NCBI GenBank assembly: GCA_025351485.1
Contig: JANXVU010000073.1
Coordinates: 9,216-73,215 of the forward strand
Origin: Candidatus Eiseniibacteriota bacterium
GTDB lineage: Bacteria; Eisenbacteria; RBG-16-71-46; JACRLI01
Length of the DNA: 64,000 nucleotides
Direction: 5' to 3'
Numbering within the stretch: position 1 is the first letter of the stretch; each line of letters begins with the position of its first letter. The translations under genes were made by a program, and so were the position numbers. The notes beneath the pieces are model-generated. The model saw only the letters and a list, made by a program, of their open reading frames with translations. It was not told where the DNA came from and ran no database searches. Positions 1 through 9,938 of the stretch are shown in pieces.

Positions 1-1724
1 GCCTGGTTGCGGTACAACCGGTTCACCTGCCCGGTTCCCACGGTGCCGCCGGTGTTGCATACGTACAGGTCCGGATAGCCGTCGTTGTTGTAGTCCCCCC
101 AGGCCACGCCCCTGCCGTTGGCGAAATTGCCGGTTCCGCTCCCGGAAGTCACGTCCTGGAACGTCGAGGCCGACGGGATCCCCCGGGTGATGCGCAGTTC
201 GTAGGAGCCATAGCGGCCGGTGTGCCCGTCGCTGCTCGCGGTGTGGCTGCAGCGAACCAGGAAGGCGCCCGTGGAAGGCGCAGCGAAGTCCAGTCGGGAC
301 GAGAGATCCCCGCCACCGCGGTTGTCGCTGGAGGTCAGCACGCTGCCGGTGTCCGCGGCCGCAAGCAACTGCAAGAAGGTGTCGGCGCCGCCGACCAGGT
401 CGTTCGTCTCGATGATGTAGGTCGCGCCCGCGGTGGCCTGGAAGCGCACCCAGTCGGCGTCGGCGCCGCCCCCGGCAATGTAGAAGGTATGGGCGGAGGG
501 CGTGCCGTCGGTCAAAGCGGTCACCGCGCGCGAGGCGAAGTCGTCGTTCTCATAGACGTCCGGGAAGAACTGCATCTTCTCCAGGCCAAACGTGGTGATC
601 ATCTCAGCTTGGTGGCCCAGGCCACGCGCAAACCAGCCGTCCCAGAAAGCCTCGATGGTCACGGGTCCGTTTCCCGTGAGGTAGTTCTTGAACACGTCCC
701 AGGTATTGGTGTCGGGGAGGGACAGGGGGTCATCGTCCACCCCCGGGTGCACGTCGGGCGTGGACGGGCCATCCACCAGGTCCCACAGGGCCGCCTGCAC
801 CGATACTTCGCTCGCTCCGCCGATGGCTGTGACGCTGGGCGTCTCGATCTCATAGCTGAAGTTGAGCGCGGCGCCGGTGCCCGACTCGCCGTTAAGGTCC
901 GCGTACCAGGTCGGGTTGGAAAGGCGGAAGTGGCGCCGGACCGACTGGCCGAAATAGGTGGCCCAGCCCTCGGACCAGGCCAGGCGCATGTCCTGGTGAT
1001 TGTCCCCCAGGAAATGCTGCCCACCCTGGCTGTTGTCCTGGGAGTAAATGGAGGCCATGTAGTGGCCCTGCTCGTGGTTGATCACGGCATCGCTGTACGC
1101 GTCCTCGCCGGTCAGATGGATGTAGGAGGGCAGGTCCGGGCGGCTCGCGCGGGTGAAGTAGGTTCCGTCCAGGCTGGTGGCGTTCCACAGCGCGTGGAGC
1201 GGGCCGTCCGGGCGCGCGCCGTTGACGGCCGCGACGAAGTCGATCCCGTTTTCCAGGCAGTCCAGGATGTTGAATGCTTCGCCCACCGAATGGGCCGGCG
1301 CCACCATGGGCGAGCCGCCGTTGAAGTTCAGATTGGCGCCCGGATCGTGGTTTGGCAGGGCCGCGCTCGCGACTGCAAACAGCGCTCCGCCCAGGCTGGC
1401 CCGCACTTGAAGGTGATAGAGCGTGGAATCGGCCGTGTAGGAGATCGCGCGCACGTAGACCGGACGGGACTGTGAGTCGGTGACCGGGATGGAGAAGTTG
1501 CCCAGCGTGTCGGTGCCGCCGGCGGCCAGCACCGCCTGGGTGTTCTGGTCCACGACCTGCACCACGGCTCCTCGGATGGGCAGGTCCACGATGTTGCCCG
1601 TGAATCCGGCCGGCCCGAACGGCCGGTCCTGGTACTTGAAGTTTCCGGTGGCCACCCAGTTGGCGTGCGCAGGGGTGGAGCAGGCGAGCGCGAGCAGCGC
1701 GGCCATCCAAAGGCGCCGCATCAT
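1..1724 (-). CDS. Secreted zinc metallopeptidase-like protein with PPC-like domain and FG-GAP/VCBS repeats (3' end runs off window)
   Basis: Not in the ORF track because it runs off the edge; translated by hand from ATG 1724: MMRRLWMAALLALACSTPAHA signal peptide; INHEQGH (HExxH) followed by AWSEGWATYF; DADWVRF...DTFLQL PPC-like segment; GVAWGDYNNDGYPDLYV FG-GAP repeat. Confidence 0.8.
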   Translation of the reverse strand, partial: MMRRLWMAALLALACSTPAHANWVATGNFKYQDRPFGPAGFTGNIVDLPIRGAVVQVVDQNTQAVLAAGGTDTLGNFSIPVTDSQSRPVYVRAISYTADSTLYHLQVRASLGGALFAVASAALPNHDPGANLNFNGGSPMVAPAHSVGEAFNILDCLENGIDFVAAVNGARPDGPLHALWNATSLDGTYFTRASRPDLPSYIHLTGEDAYSDAVINHEQGHYMASIYSQDNSQGGQHFLGDNHQDMRLAWSEGWATYFGQSVRRHFRLSNPTWYADLNGESGTGAALNFSYEIETPSVTAIGGASEVSVQAALWDLVDGPSTPDVHPGVDDDPLSLPDTNTWDVFKNYLTGNGPVTIEAFWDGWFARGLGHQAEMITTFGLEKMQFFPDVYENDDFASRAVTALTDGTPSAHTFYIAGGGADADWVRFQATAGATYIIETNDLVGGADTFLQLLAAADTGSVLTSSDNRGGGDLSSRLDFAAPSTGAFLVRCSHTASSDGHTGRYGSYELRITRGIPSASTFQDVTSGSGTGNFANGRGVAWGDYNNDGYPDLYVCNTGGTVGTGQVNRLYRNQ

Positions 1725-2233
1725 CGGGACGCTCCCACGGCAGGGGCCTCCAGCACGCGGGTGCCGTTCCATTCGGCCTGGCGGTACGCGGGCGGCCGGG
1801 CCGGCGCGCCGTCCTCGAAGGCCAGGTATGCGCCCCGGCTCATCCGCTCGCCGCCCGGCATGGTGAAGGTGATCCGGGCGTGGATCTCGGAGCGCCCACG
1901 GCGCGGAAGAGAGGCGCTCATGGCGAGTTCGCGGCGTGCACCCTGGGCCATCGCGCCAAGCTGCGTTCCGGCCGGACGCACCCAGCGGGCACCTTCAGGC
2001 AATTCCACTTCCAAGCGGATGTCCTCGAGCGGGCGCTGCGCTTCCACCACCGCCTCAAAGCGAACGGTTCCACCGGGTGGGGCTTCCACCACGCGCAGCG
2101 CCAGGAAGGCCGGCAGTTCAGGTTTGCAGGAGAGAGGGTGGCGCTTCGGTGGAGAAGCGACCGCCGGGTGGGCGAGGGTGGAGGTTAGCAGGGCCAAAGT
2201 AATGCAATGCAACCAGCGCGAGCGTGAGGACAT
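1721..2233 (-). CDS. Small secreted Ig-fold-like hypothetical protein, translationally coupled to the metallopeptidase
   Basis: ATG 2233 preceded by GGAGG; signal peptide MSSRSRWLHCITLALLTSTLAHPAVA; stop overlaps the next ATG (ATGA). Confidence 0.65.
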   Translation of the reverse strand: MSSRSRWLHCITLALLTSTLAHPAVASPPKRHPLSCKPELPAFLALRVVEAPPGGTVRFEAVVEAQRPLEDIRLEVELPEGARWVRPAGTQLGAMAQGARRELAMSASLPRRGRSEIHARITFTMPGGERMSRGAYLAFEDGAPARPPAYRQAEWNGTRVLEAPAVGASR

Positions 2234-2589
2234 CCTGCGGGAACCTCCGTATGGGAGTGGATCATTCGAATATTCAAGGGGGTCACGGCGGATCGCAGGG
2301 TCGAGCGCGCCTCCCAAAAGTATAAGGGATTGGGCCAGATAGGGCCAGTTTCCACGGTCGTGGGAGGCGGGGCCGAGCCCGCGGGCCGTGTCCCGGGGCG
2401 TCCAGGACGGTTCTCAGGGTGAACCGCCAGGGACAATCCTTCCCGGGCGGGCCGGGCCAGGCGCCCTGTGCCCATTGGGATTCAAGAGGTTACAGCCCCC
2501 GGGCCCGGCGCCCAGGGCGGCACGGGGTATGCAATTTGCCGATACTCGTAGGCGTGGCCCCGAGGCCGCGTTTGGGATACATTCCGGAG

Positions 2590-3708
2590 ATGATCGTGAA
2601 GAAGCTGTTCCCCCTCCTCATGTTGATTGCCGCCCTGACCGGGCTGTCGGCCCTGCCTCCCGCGACGGCGGGCGCGGATCCCGGCCCGTCCTCGGATTGC
2701 GACCGGGCCGAGCGGGGGATCGGCCACACCCGCGATCTGCTGGGGCGCGCCGCCGACCGGCTCAAGACGTGCAACACCGAAAAGGCGCGCAGCCTTCTCA
2801 AGAACGCCACCGACCTCAACGAAGCGGCGCAGCAGCAGGTCGGGTCGGGGCACTGCAAGTTCGCCCTGCAGCTGGCCGATCGAGCCAACGAGCGGGCCTT
2901 GGAACTGCTCGCGATGAACTGCGAGGGTGGCGGCGGCAGTGGGGGCGGTGGCTCGAGCCTGGGACAGCTCCGGCCGGACTTCGTGCAGCTCCAGCTGGAC
3001 CGCACCGATGAAATCCTCTCCCGCATCGGGCCGCTGGTGAAGGACCGCGGCGATGAGCGCGCGCAGCGCATCCTGGACGAAGCGACCCAGATGCAGCAGC
3101 GCGCCCGCGAGCGCTTTAACGAAGCCGTCCGCAACGGCGGCAACGCCGACCGCGCCTCCAAGCTCCTGAACCAAGCTTACGAACTGACCCTGGGCGCCCG
3201 CGACCGCGCGCGCCGCGCCGAGGACATCGCCGGCCGCCGCGCCGGAGCCAACCCGGATCGCGTGGCCGAAGAACTTCGCCAGACCGACGAACTCATCGCT
3301 TCGGGCCTGGAATACGCCGAGACCAGCGGCTCTTCCGACGTGCTCCAGCGGGTCGGCATGGCCCGCGACCTCGAGACCCAGGCCCGCCGCTTCTACGACC
3401 AGCGGGACTTTTCCGAGGCGCTCCGCCTTACCCTGCGGTCCCGCGATCTGGTGCGCGCTGCGCTCGGAGGGGTGGCTTCGGTGAACTCCACCGAGGTGGA
3501 TCGTGCCCTGGAACAGGCCGAGGAGTCGCTGAACCAGGCCCGTGCCGCCAAACTGTCGCCCTCGGGCGCCCGGTTCCTGGCCCAGGCCGAAGTCCTGTTC
3601 TCGCGGGCCCAGCAGCAGCGGCTGAACGGCCGCCCGCGGCTGGCCCTGATCAGCGCGCAGGGCGCCCGTTCCATGGCGATCCGCGCGCTGGGCTCCACTT
3701 CTCCATGA
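2590..3708 (+). CDS. Secreted alpha-helical repeat protein of unknown function
   Basis: Signal peptide MIVKKLFPLLMLIAALTGLSALPPATA; about four ~70-aa helical repeats. Confidence 0.75.
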   Translation: MIVKKLFPLLMLIAALTGLSALPPATAGADPGPSSDCDRAERGIGHTRDLLGRAADRLKTCNTEKARSLLKNATDLNEAAQQQVGSGHCKFALQLADRANERALELLAMNCEGGGGSGGGGSSLGQLRPDFVQLQLDRTDEILSRIGPLVKDRGDERAQRILDEATQMQQRARERFNEAVRNGGNADRASKLLNQAYELTLGARDRARRAEDIAGRRAGANPDRVAEELRQTDELIASGLEYAETSGSSDVLQRVGMARDLETQARRFYDQRDFSEALRLTLRSRDLVRAALGGVASVNSTEVDRALEQAEESLNQARAAKLSPSGARFLAQAEVLFSRAQQQRLNGRPRLALISAQGARSMAIRALGSTSP

Positions 3709-3729
3709 GCTGATCCCCGGCCACCTTTC

Positions 3730-5139
3730 ATGCCCCCGACCGGCATGCGCACCCATCTTCGCGGGTTCCGGCCCCAGCAATCCTGCTGGGCCGCTCCCGC
3801 GCTGGCGCTCCTGCTGTTGCTACCATTCTCCGGCTCCCCCGCGCGGGCCGGCGGCGCGCGCCTGGAAATTGGCCCTGCCTTTGAGTACACGAACCTGATC
3901 TATCGCTTCAGCGACGTGCAGGTGGTGGGCACCTCGTGCGACTCGCTGCTCCATCCGGGCGGCTGCGCCGACAGCGACCTCACCGTCCTGTTCCGCGACA
4001 CCCTCCTGATCTCCAGGGACCCGGAAAGCGTGCGCGGCGCCTACGTCCGCCTTCAATACGCGGACACGCTGGGGCACGGTCGGTTCATTTCGCTCGAGCC
4101 CGAGCTCCGGATGGCCCGGGAGCTGGTCACCGGGCATCTTTACGGTTCCGGCCGGTGGCTTGCGGGTGAAGTGAATCTCGGTCTCGACCAGCGTTTCGAC
4201 CACACCCTGGACCAGCGCTTCGGCCTTTCGCGCCGGCTCGATTCCGAACAGTTGACCGGGCTTCTCGAACTGCGGAACCAGGACCTCTCGTGGACCTTCC
4301 AGGCGCGCCCCAGGGTGCAGCTGGATCGCACCGACGGCGACCTCAGCAACTACCTGCAGGATTCCAACGCCGGACGCCTCAGTTTCTCGATCGACCACTT
4401 TGACCAGCGGGGCGGCTCGGTGGAACTGGATCTGTACGCCGGTGCCCGTTCCTACCCCGACACCGTCGAGCGGAACTACCGGGAGTTCTTCGGCGGCCTG
4501 CGGGTGGACCAGATGCTGGGAGGGGGACTGCGCGCACTGGGAGCCGGTGAACTGGAGCGGCGGGCCGGCAACCGGGCCGACAGCCGCCACGACCTGTTCA
4601 CGCGATGGAGGGGCGAGGGGGAGCTGGACTACTTCGCGGATTCCTGGAAGGCGCGCCTGCGCGGCCAGGCCGACGGCTACAACTACAGCAACGCGGACGA
4701 CGTGTACTTCGACAACCGGCTGGTGCGCCTGGAGGCCCTGTACGGGCGCGACTTCGGCCTGTCCGTGGGCGTCGAGCTGAAGCCGCGCCTGGAGCTGCTT
4801 CGAACGCCGTCCCAGGCGAACGAAGAGTACAACCAGTTCTCCCTCGGGCTGGGAGCGACGCGGCTGGGCGGAGGCTTTTTGGACGTGCTGTTCGAGGCCG
4901 GCCGGCGCCATTACCTGGTCGGCGCCAGCTCTTCCGCGGACACCCTGCTTGCCACCACCCACACCGACTACCACTTCTACTCGGCCTCGGCCCTGCTCAC
5001 GCAACCCCTGGGGGAGCACTTCCGGCTCAAGGGCACGCTGGACTACCAGGCCGAGGTCCACGACGACTCAGCGGACAACAATCACATCATCTATGCGAGC
5101 GCCGAGCTGGGCTATTCGTTCCGGTTGTTCGGAAGGTAG
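3730..5139 (+). CDS. Putative outer-membrane beta-barrel protein
   Basis: Signal-like N-terminus, alternating amphipathic strands, C-terminal YASAELGYSF barrel signature. Confidence 0.7.
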   Translation: MPPTGMRTHLRGFRPQQSCWAAPALALLLLLPFSGSPARAGGARLEIGPAFEYTNLIYRFSDVQVVGTSCDSLLHPGGCADSDLTVLFRDTLLISRDPESVRGAYVRLQYADTLGHGRFISLEPELRMARELVTGHLYGSGRWLAGEVNLGLDQRFDHTLDQRFGLSRRLDSEQLTGLLELRNQDLSWTFQARPRVQLDRTDGDLSNYLQDSNAGRLSFSIDHFDQRGGSVELDLYAGARSYPDTVERNYREFFGGLRVDQMLGGGLRALGAGELERRAGNRADSRHDLFTRWRGEGELDYFADSWKARLRGQADGYNYSNADDVYFDNRLVRLEALYGRDFGLSVGVELKPRLELLRTPSQANEEYNQFSLGLGATRLGGGFLDVLFEAGRRHYLVGASSSADTLLATTHTDYHFYSASALLTQPLGEHFRLKGTLDYQAEVHDDSADNNHIIYASAELGYSFRLFGR

Positions 5140-5148
5140 GCGGGGGAA

Positions 5149-5817
5149 CTAGGCGGGGTCCTCGTGGTGGTGCTTGATCACCCGAGCCTCGGCCACGAAG
5201 ATGGCCTCTTCGGCGACGTTGGTGGCCAGGTCGGCCACCCGCTCCAGGTTTCGCGCCACCAGGATGAACTGAAGCGCGGGCTGGATGATGGCAGGATCCT
5301 GCATCATCCGCTCTTCGAGGTGCTCGAAGACTTCGTCTTCCAGGCGGTCGGCGTCGTCGTCCTCCGCGCAGGTCCGGCGGGCCAGCTCGCCATTGAGAGA
5401 AACAAAGGAGTCGAGGGCGCGCTGGAGCATGCCGGAGGCCTGTTCCGCCAATTTCGGGATCTGGGGCGGCAGTGCAGCCCGGTTGGGCAGGCGCACCAGC
5501 TCGGAAACGCAGTCGCCCACGTTGATGGCATGATCGCCCACCCGCTCCAGGTCGGTGGCCACCCGCAGGGCCGCGGTGATCAGGCGCAGATCGGTGGCGA
5601 TGGGTTGCCGCAGGGCCAGCAGGGTCAGGCAGCGCTCCTCCACCTCCAGCTCCATCCGGTCCATTTCGTGGTCGTCGCCTTTGAGCTGGGCGGCCAGGCC
5701 GATGTCCCATTGCTCCAATGATGCCACTGCCTTGCGGATCATCTGCTCGGCCAGCCCGCCCATGCGGGCGAGTACCGATCGAAGGTCTTGAAGCTCCCGG
5801 TCAAAGTGTCTTTCCAT
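5149..5817 (-). CDS. phoU: Phosphate signalling complex protein PhoU
   Basis: Two PhoU repeats: RQPIATDLR...DLERVGDHA and ARNLERVADLATNVAE. Confidence 0.97.
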   Translation of the reverse strand: MERHFDRELQDLRSVLARMGGLAEQMIRKAVASLEQWDIGLAAQLKGDDHEMDRMELEVEERCLTLLALRQPIATDLRLITAALRVATDLERVGDHAINVGDCVSELVRLPNRAALPPQIPKLAEQASGMLQRALDSFVSLNGELARRTCAEDDDADRLEDEVFEHLEERMMQDPAIIQPALQFILVARNLERVADLATNVAEEAIFVAEARVIKHHHEDPA

Positions 5818-5823
5818 ATCGCC

Positions 5824-5867
5824 ACCATATCAACTGCTTGACATGGAAACAACCACAGTCCTAGTCT
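5824..5867. promoter_or_regulatory. Overlapping divergent sigma70-like promoters for phoU (-) and the HAF-repeat gene (+)
   Basis: Minus: TTGTTT (5852-5847), 17 bp, TGa-TATGGT (5829-5824), 6 nt before the phoU ATG. Plus: TTGACA (5838-5843), 18 bp, TAGTCT (5862-5867). Confidence 0.5.
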
Positions 5868-6047
5868 GCGGCTGCGCACCTGCCAGCACCCTCCTCCGGG
5901 CGAATTTCGAGTCGGTGGAACCAGAAGCCTCCACGGCGGGTGTATCTGCCCATAGGGAATTTCCCGAGGTTTTCGGCCACGGACGGCCGGATAAGCCCAG
6001 CCCCCGGACCTCCAGCGACCTGTACCGGTGTGAACGGGAGAAGTGTA

Positions 6048-7406
6048 TTGATTTCCAGGATTCAGGGACGACTCCGGAATGCGCATGAACTGCGGAACCT
6101 CCTTTGCGCTCTCGTCCAACTCTCCATCCTGCTTCCGGCCGCCTCGCTGGCGGCGTCCGTTCCCTATGTCATCCAGGACCTCGGCACGCTGGGCGGCAAG
6201 GTCAGCGTCGCCTGCGCCATCAATGAAAAGGGACAGGTCGCGGGCTACTCCACGCTCCCCGGCGACAGCCTCACCCGCGGCTTCTTCTACGACGGCACCC
6301 GAACCTTGAACATGGGCTCGATGGGCGGGCGCAACAGCTATGCATTCGGGTTGAACCAGAACGGTCTGGTGGTGGGCTGCGCGGACCTCGCCACCGGCGA
6401 GCGACACGCCTTCATCTGGCAAAAGGGCTGGTACAGCGACCTCCTGACGCTCGGCGGTCGCAACAGTTGCGCGATGGCGATCAACGACCAGATGCAGGTG
6501 GTGGGCCGGTCGGACGTGCAGGGAAGCGGCGTGGAGCACGCGTTCCTGTTCAACGCGGCGCGGTTGACCGACCTGGGCGTGGTCCCTGCGGGCCAGCAGG
6601 CCGGCTACAGCGGCGCGGCCGGAATCAACAACGCCGGCCAGATCGTGGGCATCTCCAGCGATTCCAGCGGCGCCGGCCGGCATGGATTCCTGTACACCAC
6701 CTTCCAGATGCAGAGTGTCGGCCGCCTGGGGGGCGCGCTCTCGGTGTGCACCGCCATCAACGACCAGGCGGTGGTGGCCGGCTACTCGTTCCTGATCGAC
6801 GGCCGCACGTTCCACCCATTCCTGAATACCGGCGGGCACATGGTGGACCTGGGGACGCTGGGAGGCAGGGTTGGGAGCGCCAACGCGGTGAACCGGTTCA
6901 ACCAGGTGGTCGGTTTCTCGGAGGTATCCGCCAACGGCCCGATCCACGCCTTCCTCTACGCCAACTCCAAAATGGTGGACCTGAACACGCTTCTACCGAG
7001 CGGCAGCGGCTGGGAGCTGACCGAGGCCCTGGACATCAACGACCATGGCTCCATCGTGGGATCGGGCATCCGGGGGGGGGAAACCCACGCGTTCCTGCTC
7101 CGCCCGGCGCAGATCACCGGAACCGGCGCCGGCCCGGAGCTCCCGGTTCATATGGTTGTCACACCATCCGTTACGCGCCAGAGCGCCCGCTTCGAGTTCG
7201 GCCGGCCGTTGGCCGAGCCGGGCCGGTTCACCCTGTTTGACGTCTCGGGCCGCCAGGTCTGGACGGTTCCGGTGGCGCGCGGCAGCCGTGAGCTCGACTG
7301 GAACGGCAAGGATGGCTCGGGGAGCTATCTATCGAGCGGAGTTTACCTTGCGCGCTTCGAATCCTCCGAACTTCGCCTCACCACCCGCCTCGTCGTGATC
7401 CGCTGA
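6048..7406 (+). CDS. Extracellular HAF-repeat protein with C-terminal FlgD/T9SS-like domain (start uncertain)
   Basis: Repeated DLGTLGG...A.AIN..GQVVG...HAF units; C-terminus WNGKDGSG...SSGVYLARF; TTG start chosen from upstream GGGAG. Confidence 0.85.
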   Translation: MISRIQGRLRNAHELRNLLCALVQLSILLPAASLAASVPYVIQDLGTLGGKVSVACAINEKGQVAGYSTLPGDSLTRGFFYDGTRTLNMGSMGGRNSYAFGLNQNGLVVGCADLATGERHAFIWQKGWYSDLLTLGGRNSCAMAINDQMQVVGRSDVQGSGVEHAFLFNAARLTDLGVVPAGQQAGYSGAAGINNAGQIVGISSDSSGAGRHGFLYTTFQMQSVGRLGGALSVCTAINDQAVVAGYSFLIDGRTFHPFLNTGGHMVDLGTLGGRVGSANAVNRFNQVVGFSEVSANGPIHAFLYANSKMVDLNTLLPSGSGWELTEALDINDHGSIVGSGIRGGETHAFLLRPAQITGTGAGPELPVHMVVTPSVTRQSARFEFGRPLAEPGRFTLFDVSGRQVWTVPVARGSRELDWNGKDGSGSYLSSGVYLARFESSELRLTTRLVVIR

Positions 7407-7626
7407 GTAGTACTTCAACGCCACATCTCAGCCCCTGAGCGACTACCGGCAAGGCAGAGCTTCCTCGATCGCAATGCGGTTTTGTTCGTCCCGGGCCCAC
7501 CGCGCCATACTTTGAGCAGGTCAAGACCTTCCGTCTCACGACCCCCGGGACAGGTTGCCCGTGGTCCGCGAAACGATCGCAGTGAGATGCGGCTCGGGCG
7601 AGTTCCGCAATGGCGCAAGACGTGCA

Positions 7627-7686
7627 GCCTAACAAATCATCCAAGCCGACGCCGCTCCGCGGCGCGGCTCAATTCAGGCGTTAGGC
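7627..7686 (+). mobile_element. Integron attC site (59-base element)
   Basis: GCCTAAC...CAAGCCGACGCCGCTCCGCGGCGCGGCTCAA...GTTAGGC: complementary RYYYAAC/GTTRRRY boxes around an imperfect palindrome, 60 bp. Confidence 0.9.
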
Positions 7687-7713
7687 GGCGACTACAAACC
7701 TGGAGATATACCG

Positions 7714-8175
7714 ATGTCCAAAGTGACGCCATTTCTGATGTTCAACGACCAACTCGAGGCGGCAATAGCGTTTTACACTGCTACGTTCCCGGACTCTAGA
7801 ATCAAGAACGTTGCACGCACCGGAAAAGACGGCCCAATCACTTCCGCCGAATTCGTCATCGGTGGTCAGTCCTTCATGGGCTACAACGGCGGCCCGTACT
7901 TCAGTTTTTCCGAAGGGCTCTCGCTTTTTGTCGACTGCGAAGACCAAGACGAGGTTGACGAGTACTGGAACAAGCTCGTCAACGCCGGCGCAACCAAATC
8001 GCAGTGCGGCTGGATTACTGACCAGTTCGGTGTCACCTGGCAGATTGTTCCGAGGCGATTCATGAAACTCATCAGCGATCAGAACCCTAGGAAGGTACAG
8101 GCGGTGATGGAAGCCATGATGACGATGGTGAAGCTCGACGTCGCAGCACTCGAGAGAGCGTACAATCAGGCATGA
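7714..8175 (+). CDS. VOC/PhnB-like protein (3-demethylubiquinone-9 3-methyltransferase family), gene cassette
   Basis: KVTPFLMF...NGGPYFSFSEGLSLFV.C..Q.EVD.YW...CGWITDQFGVTWQIVP; bracketed by attC sites. Confidence 0.92.
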   Translation: MSKVTPFLMFNDQLEAAIAFYTATFPDSRIKNVARTGKDGPITSAEFVIGGQSFMGYNGGPYFSFSEGLSLFVDCEDQDEVDEYWNKLVNAGATKSQCGWITDQFGVTWQIVPRRFMKLISDQNPRKVQAVMEAMMTMVKLDVAALERAYNQA

Positions 8176-8204
8176 CGATCGGCGACGCCAACGCGTTGTT
8201 GGTC

Positions 8205-8262
8205 GCCTGACAACGGCATGCAGCGGACGGCGTTCCGCCGCCGCTGATGCCGGACGTTAGAC
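8205..8262 (+). mobile_element. Integron attC site with degenerate R'' box
   Basis: GCCTGAC AACGGCATGCAGCGGACGGCGTTCCGCCGCCGCTGATGCCGGAC GTTAGAC: palindromic core GGCATGCAGCGG/CCGCTGATGCC; R'' carries GAC instead of AAC. Confidence 0.8.
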
Positions 8263-8292
8263 CGACAGACTTCCGAGGTACACGAGACCACC

Positions 8293-8799
8293 ATGCCCGC
8301 CCGCAAGATAGATAAGACGTCCAAGCCCACGGTTCGGAAACCGGCCGAGCGTACGGCGGCACAAGGCAAAGCGGCCACCGCGCTGCCGGAATCCATGATC
8401 ACCGGCAAAGCAAGCCCGGCGAAGGCTGCTGACGGTGACAAGCCGGTCTTCGCCTACATCGCCGGCTTGCCGCAGCCGCAGCGCGGCATCGCCGAAACTG
8501 TCGATGCCCTGGCGGCCAAGACGCTGCCCGGCCTGCAGCGCTCCGTGAAGTGGGGCATGGCTTACTATGGCGTCGGCGATGGCTGGTGCTTCTGTTGCGG
8601 TGGCTTCGCGAAACACGTCAAGCTCATGTTCGTGAACGGCGTGACGCTCACGCCGGTACCGCCAGTGACACCGGTGGCGATGGGCAAGGCTACGCGGGGC
8701 GTGGAACTCGAATCCGAAGCAGACCTCGACGAACGCCAGATCGCGGCGTGGATGAAACAGATCGCTGCCGTGCCCGGTGTCGGGGGGAAGAAGCGATAG
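8293..8799 (+). CDS. DUF1801 (YdhG-like) protein, cassette-type
   Basis: VFAYIAGLPQPQR...VKWGMAYYG...HVKLMF.NG..L.P.PP; follows an attC. Confidence 0.85.
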   Translation: MPARKIDKTSKPTVRKPAERTAAQGKAATALPESMITGKASPAKAADGDKPVFAYIAGLPQPQRGIAETVDALAAKTLPGLQRSVKWGMAYYGVGDGWCFCCGGFAKHVKLMFVNGVTLTPVPPVTPVAMGKATRGVELESEADLDERQIAAWMKQIAAVPGVGGKKR

Positions 8800-8930
8800 G
8801 GCCGAGGTCGGCCGCGAAGGCGAAGGTCACGTGGAAGCGCGTGTCCCGAGCGCGGCCAGAGGCTAGTTCCGACCCGTGCGAATCCAGTAGCTGAATCGTC
8901 GAACACGGAGCAGGCAGCCAGGAGGCACGG

Positions 8931-9395
8931 ATGAACGCGGAGTCGGAGAGCCCGGGGCGGATCTATCCGCCGACCTACCTCCTGGTGGCAGTCGTCCTCA
9001 TGGTCTGTCTGCACTTGCTGGTACCGGTCAGGCAGGTCATTTCCGCTCCCTACCGATACCTGGGGGTGATTCCGTTGGGGGCTGGCCTGGCCGGAGTCTT
9101 GTCGGTGGCAGCGATCTTCAAGCGCGCTGGGACGGCGATCAAGCCCTTCGAGACGTCATCCACTCTGGTCGTCGACGGCCTCTATCGAATCACGCGTAAT
9201 CCTATCTACCTTGGCATGGTATGCGGGTTGGTCGGCGTCGGGGTGCTGGCCGGCTCAGTCACGCCGTTCTTCGTAGTGCCGGCGTTCGCGTATCTGGTCG
9301 ACCGCCGGTTCATTCGGGCGGAGGAAGCGATGCTCGAGCAGGCGTTTGGTTCTCAGTACGCCAGCTACAAGTCACGGGTTCGGCGTTGGCTGTGA
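8931..9395 (+). CDS. Isoprenylcysteine carboxylmethyltransferase / PEMT family membrane protein
   Basis: LVVDGLYRITRNPIYLG...EEAML...FG.QY..YKSRVRRWL motifs. Confidence 0.92.
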   Translation: MNAESESPGRIYPPTYLLVAVVLMVCLHLLVPVRQVISAPYRYLGVIPLGAGLAGVLSVAAIFKRAGTAIKPFETSSTLVVDGLYRITRNPIYLGMVCGLVGVGVLAGSVTPFFVVPAFAYLVDRRFIRAEEAMLEQAFGSQYASYKSRVRRWL

Positions 9396-9406
9396 GCCAG
9401 CGGCGC

Positions 9407-9490
9407 ACCCAACTATTGCATGAAGGCGACGGCAGAAGGGTTGGGCGTTGCTGGACAGTCGCGACGGGAGTGCGCCCGCCGCGCCGCATC
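9407..9490 (+). mobile_element. Degenerate attC remnant
   Basis: ACCCAAC (R''-like), TGCATGAAGGCGACGGC and partial complement GCCCGCCGCGCC; no GTTRRRY box found. Confidence 0.45.
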
Positions 9491-9521
9491 AGAAGCACCC
9501 CCCCACCTATCGGAGGTTTCC

Positions 9522-9938
9522 ATGAAGCGAGTCACTGGCATCGGCGGCATCTTTTTCAAGGCAAAGGACGCACCTGCGCTGCAAGCCTGGTACAAGCTTC
9601 ATCTCGGCATCGACGTCCAGGCGTGGGGCAGCGCTGCATTCGACTGGACCGATTCGGATGGCAAGCCCACTGGCGGAACGACCGCCTGGTTGATCGACCC
9701 GGAGGGGAGCGACCACTTTGCTCCAAGCAAGGCGTCGTTCATGGTCAACTACCGGGTTGACGACCTTCACGCTCTGGTAACGGCGCTCAAAGCGGAAGGC
9801 TGCAACGTCCTGGACAAGATCGATGACTCCGAGTACGGCAAGTTTGGCTGGGTCATCGATCCCGAGGGAAACAAGGTCGAGTTGTGGCAACCACCTGCCG
9901 GTCAATGGAACACGCCGGTGCTCCCGGCGGCAGTCTAA
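9522..9938 (+). CDS. VOC/glyoxalase family protein
   Basis: MKRVTGIGGIFFKAKD...NYRVDDL...YGKFGWVIDPEGNKVELWQP. Confidence 0.93.
   Translation: MKRVTGIGGIFFKAKDAPALQAWYKLHLGIDVQAWGSAAFDWTDSDGKPTGGTTAWLIDPEGSDHFAPSKASFMVNYRVDDLHALVTALKAEGCNVLDKIDDSEYGKFGWVIDPEGNKVELWQPPAGQWNTPVLPAAV

Noticed and set aside
7407..7626. Possible cassette gene before the first attC
   Set aside because: No frame with a credible start or motif; at most a remnant.
8800..8930. Expected attC between the DUF1801 and methyltransferase genes
   Set aside because: No RYYYAAC/GTTRRRY pair or palindrome visible.
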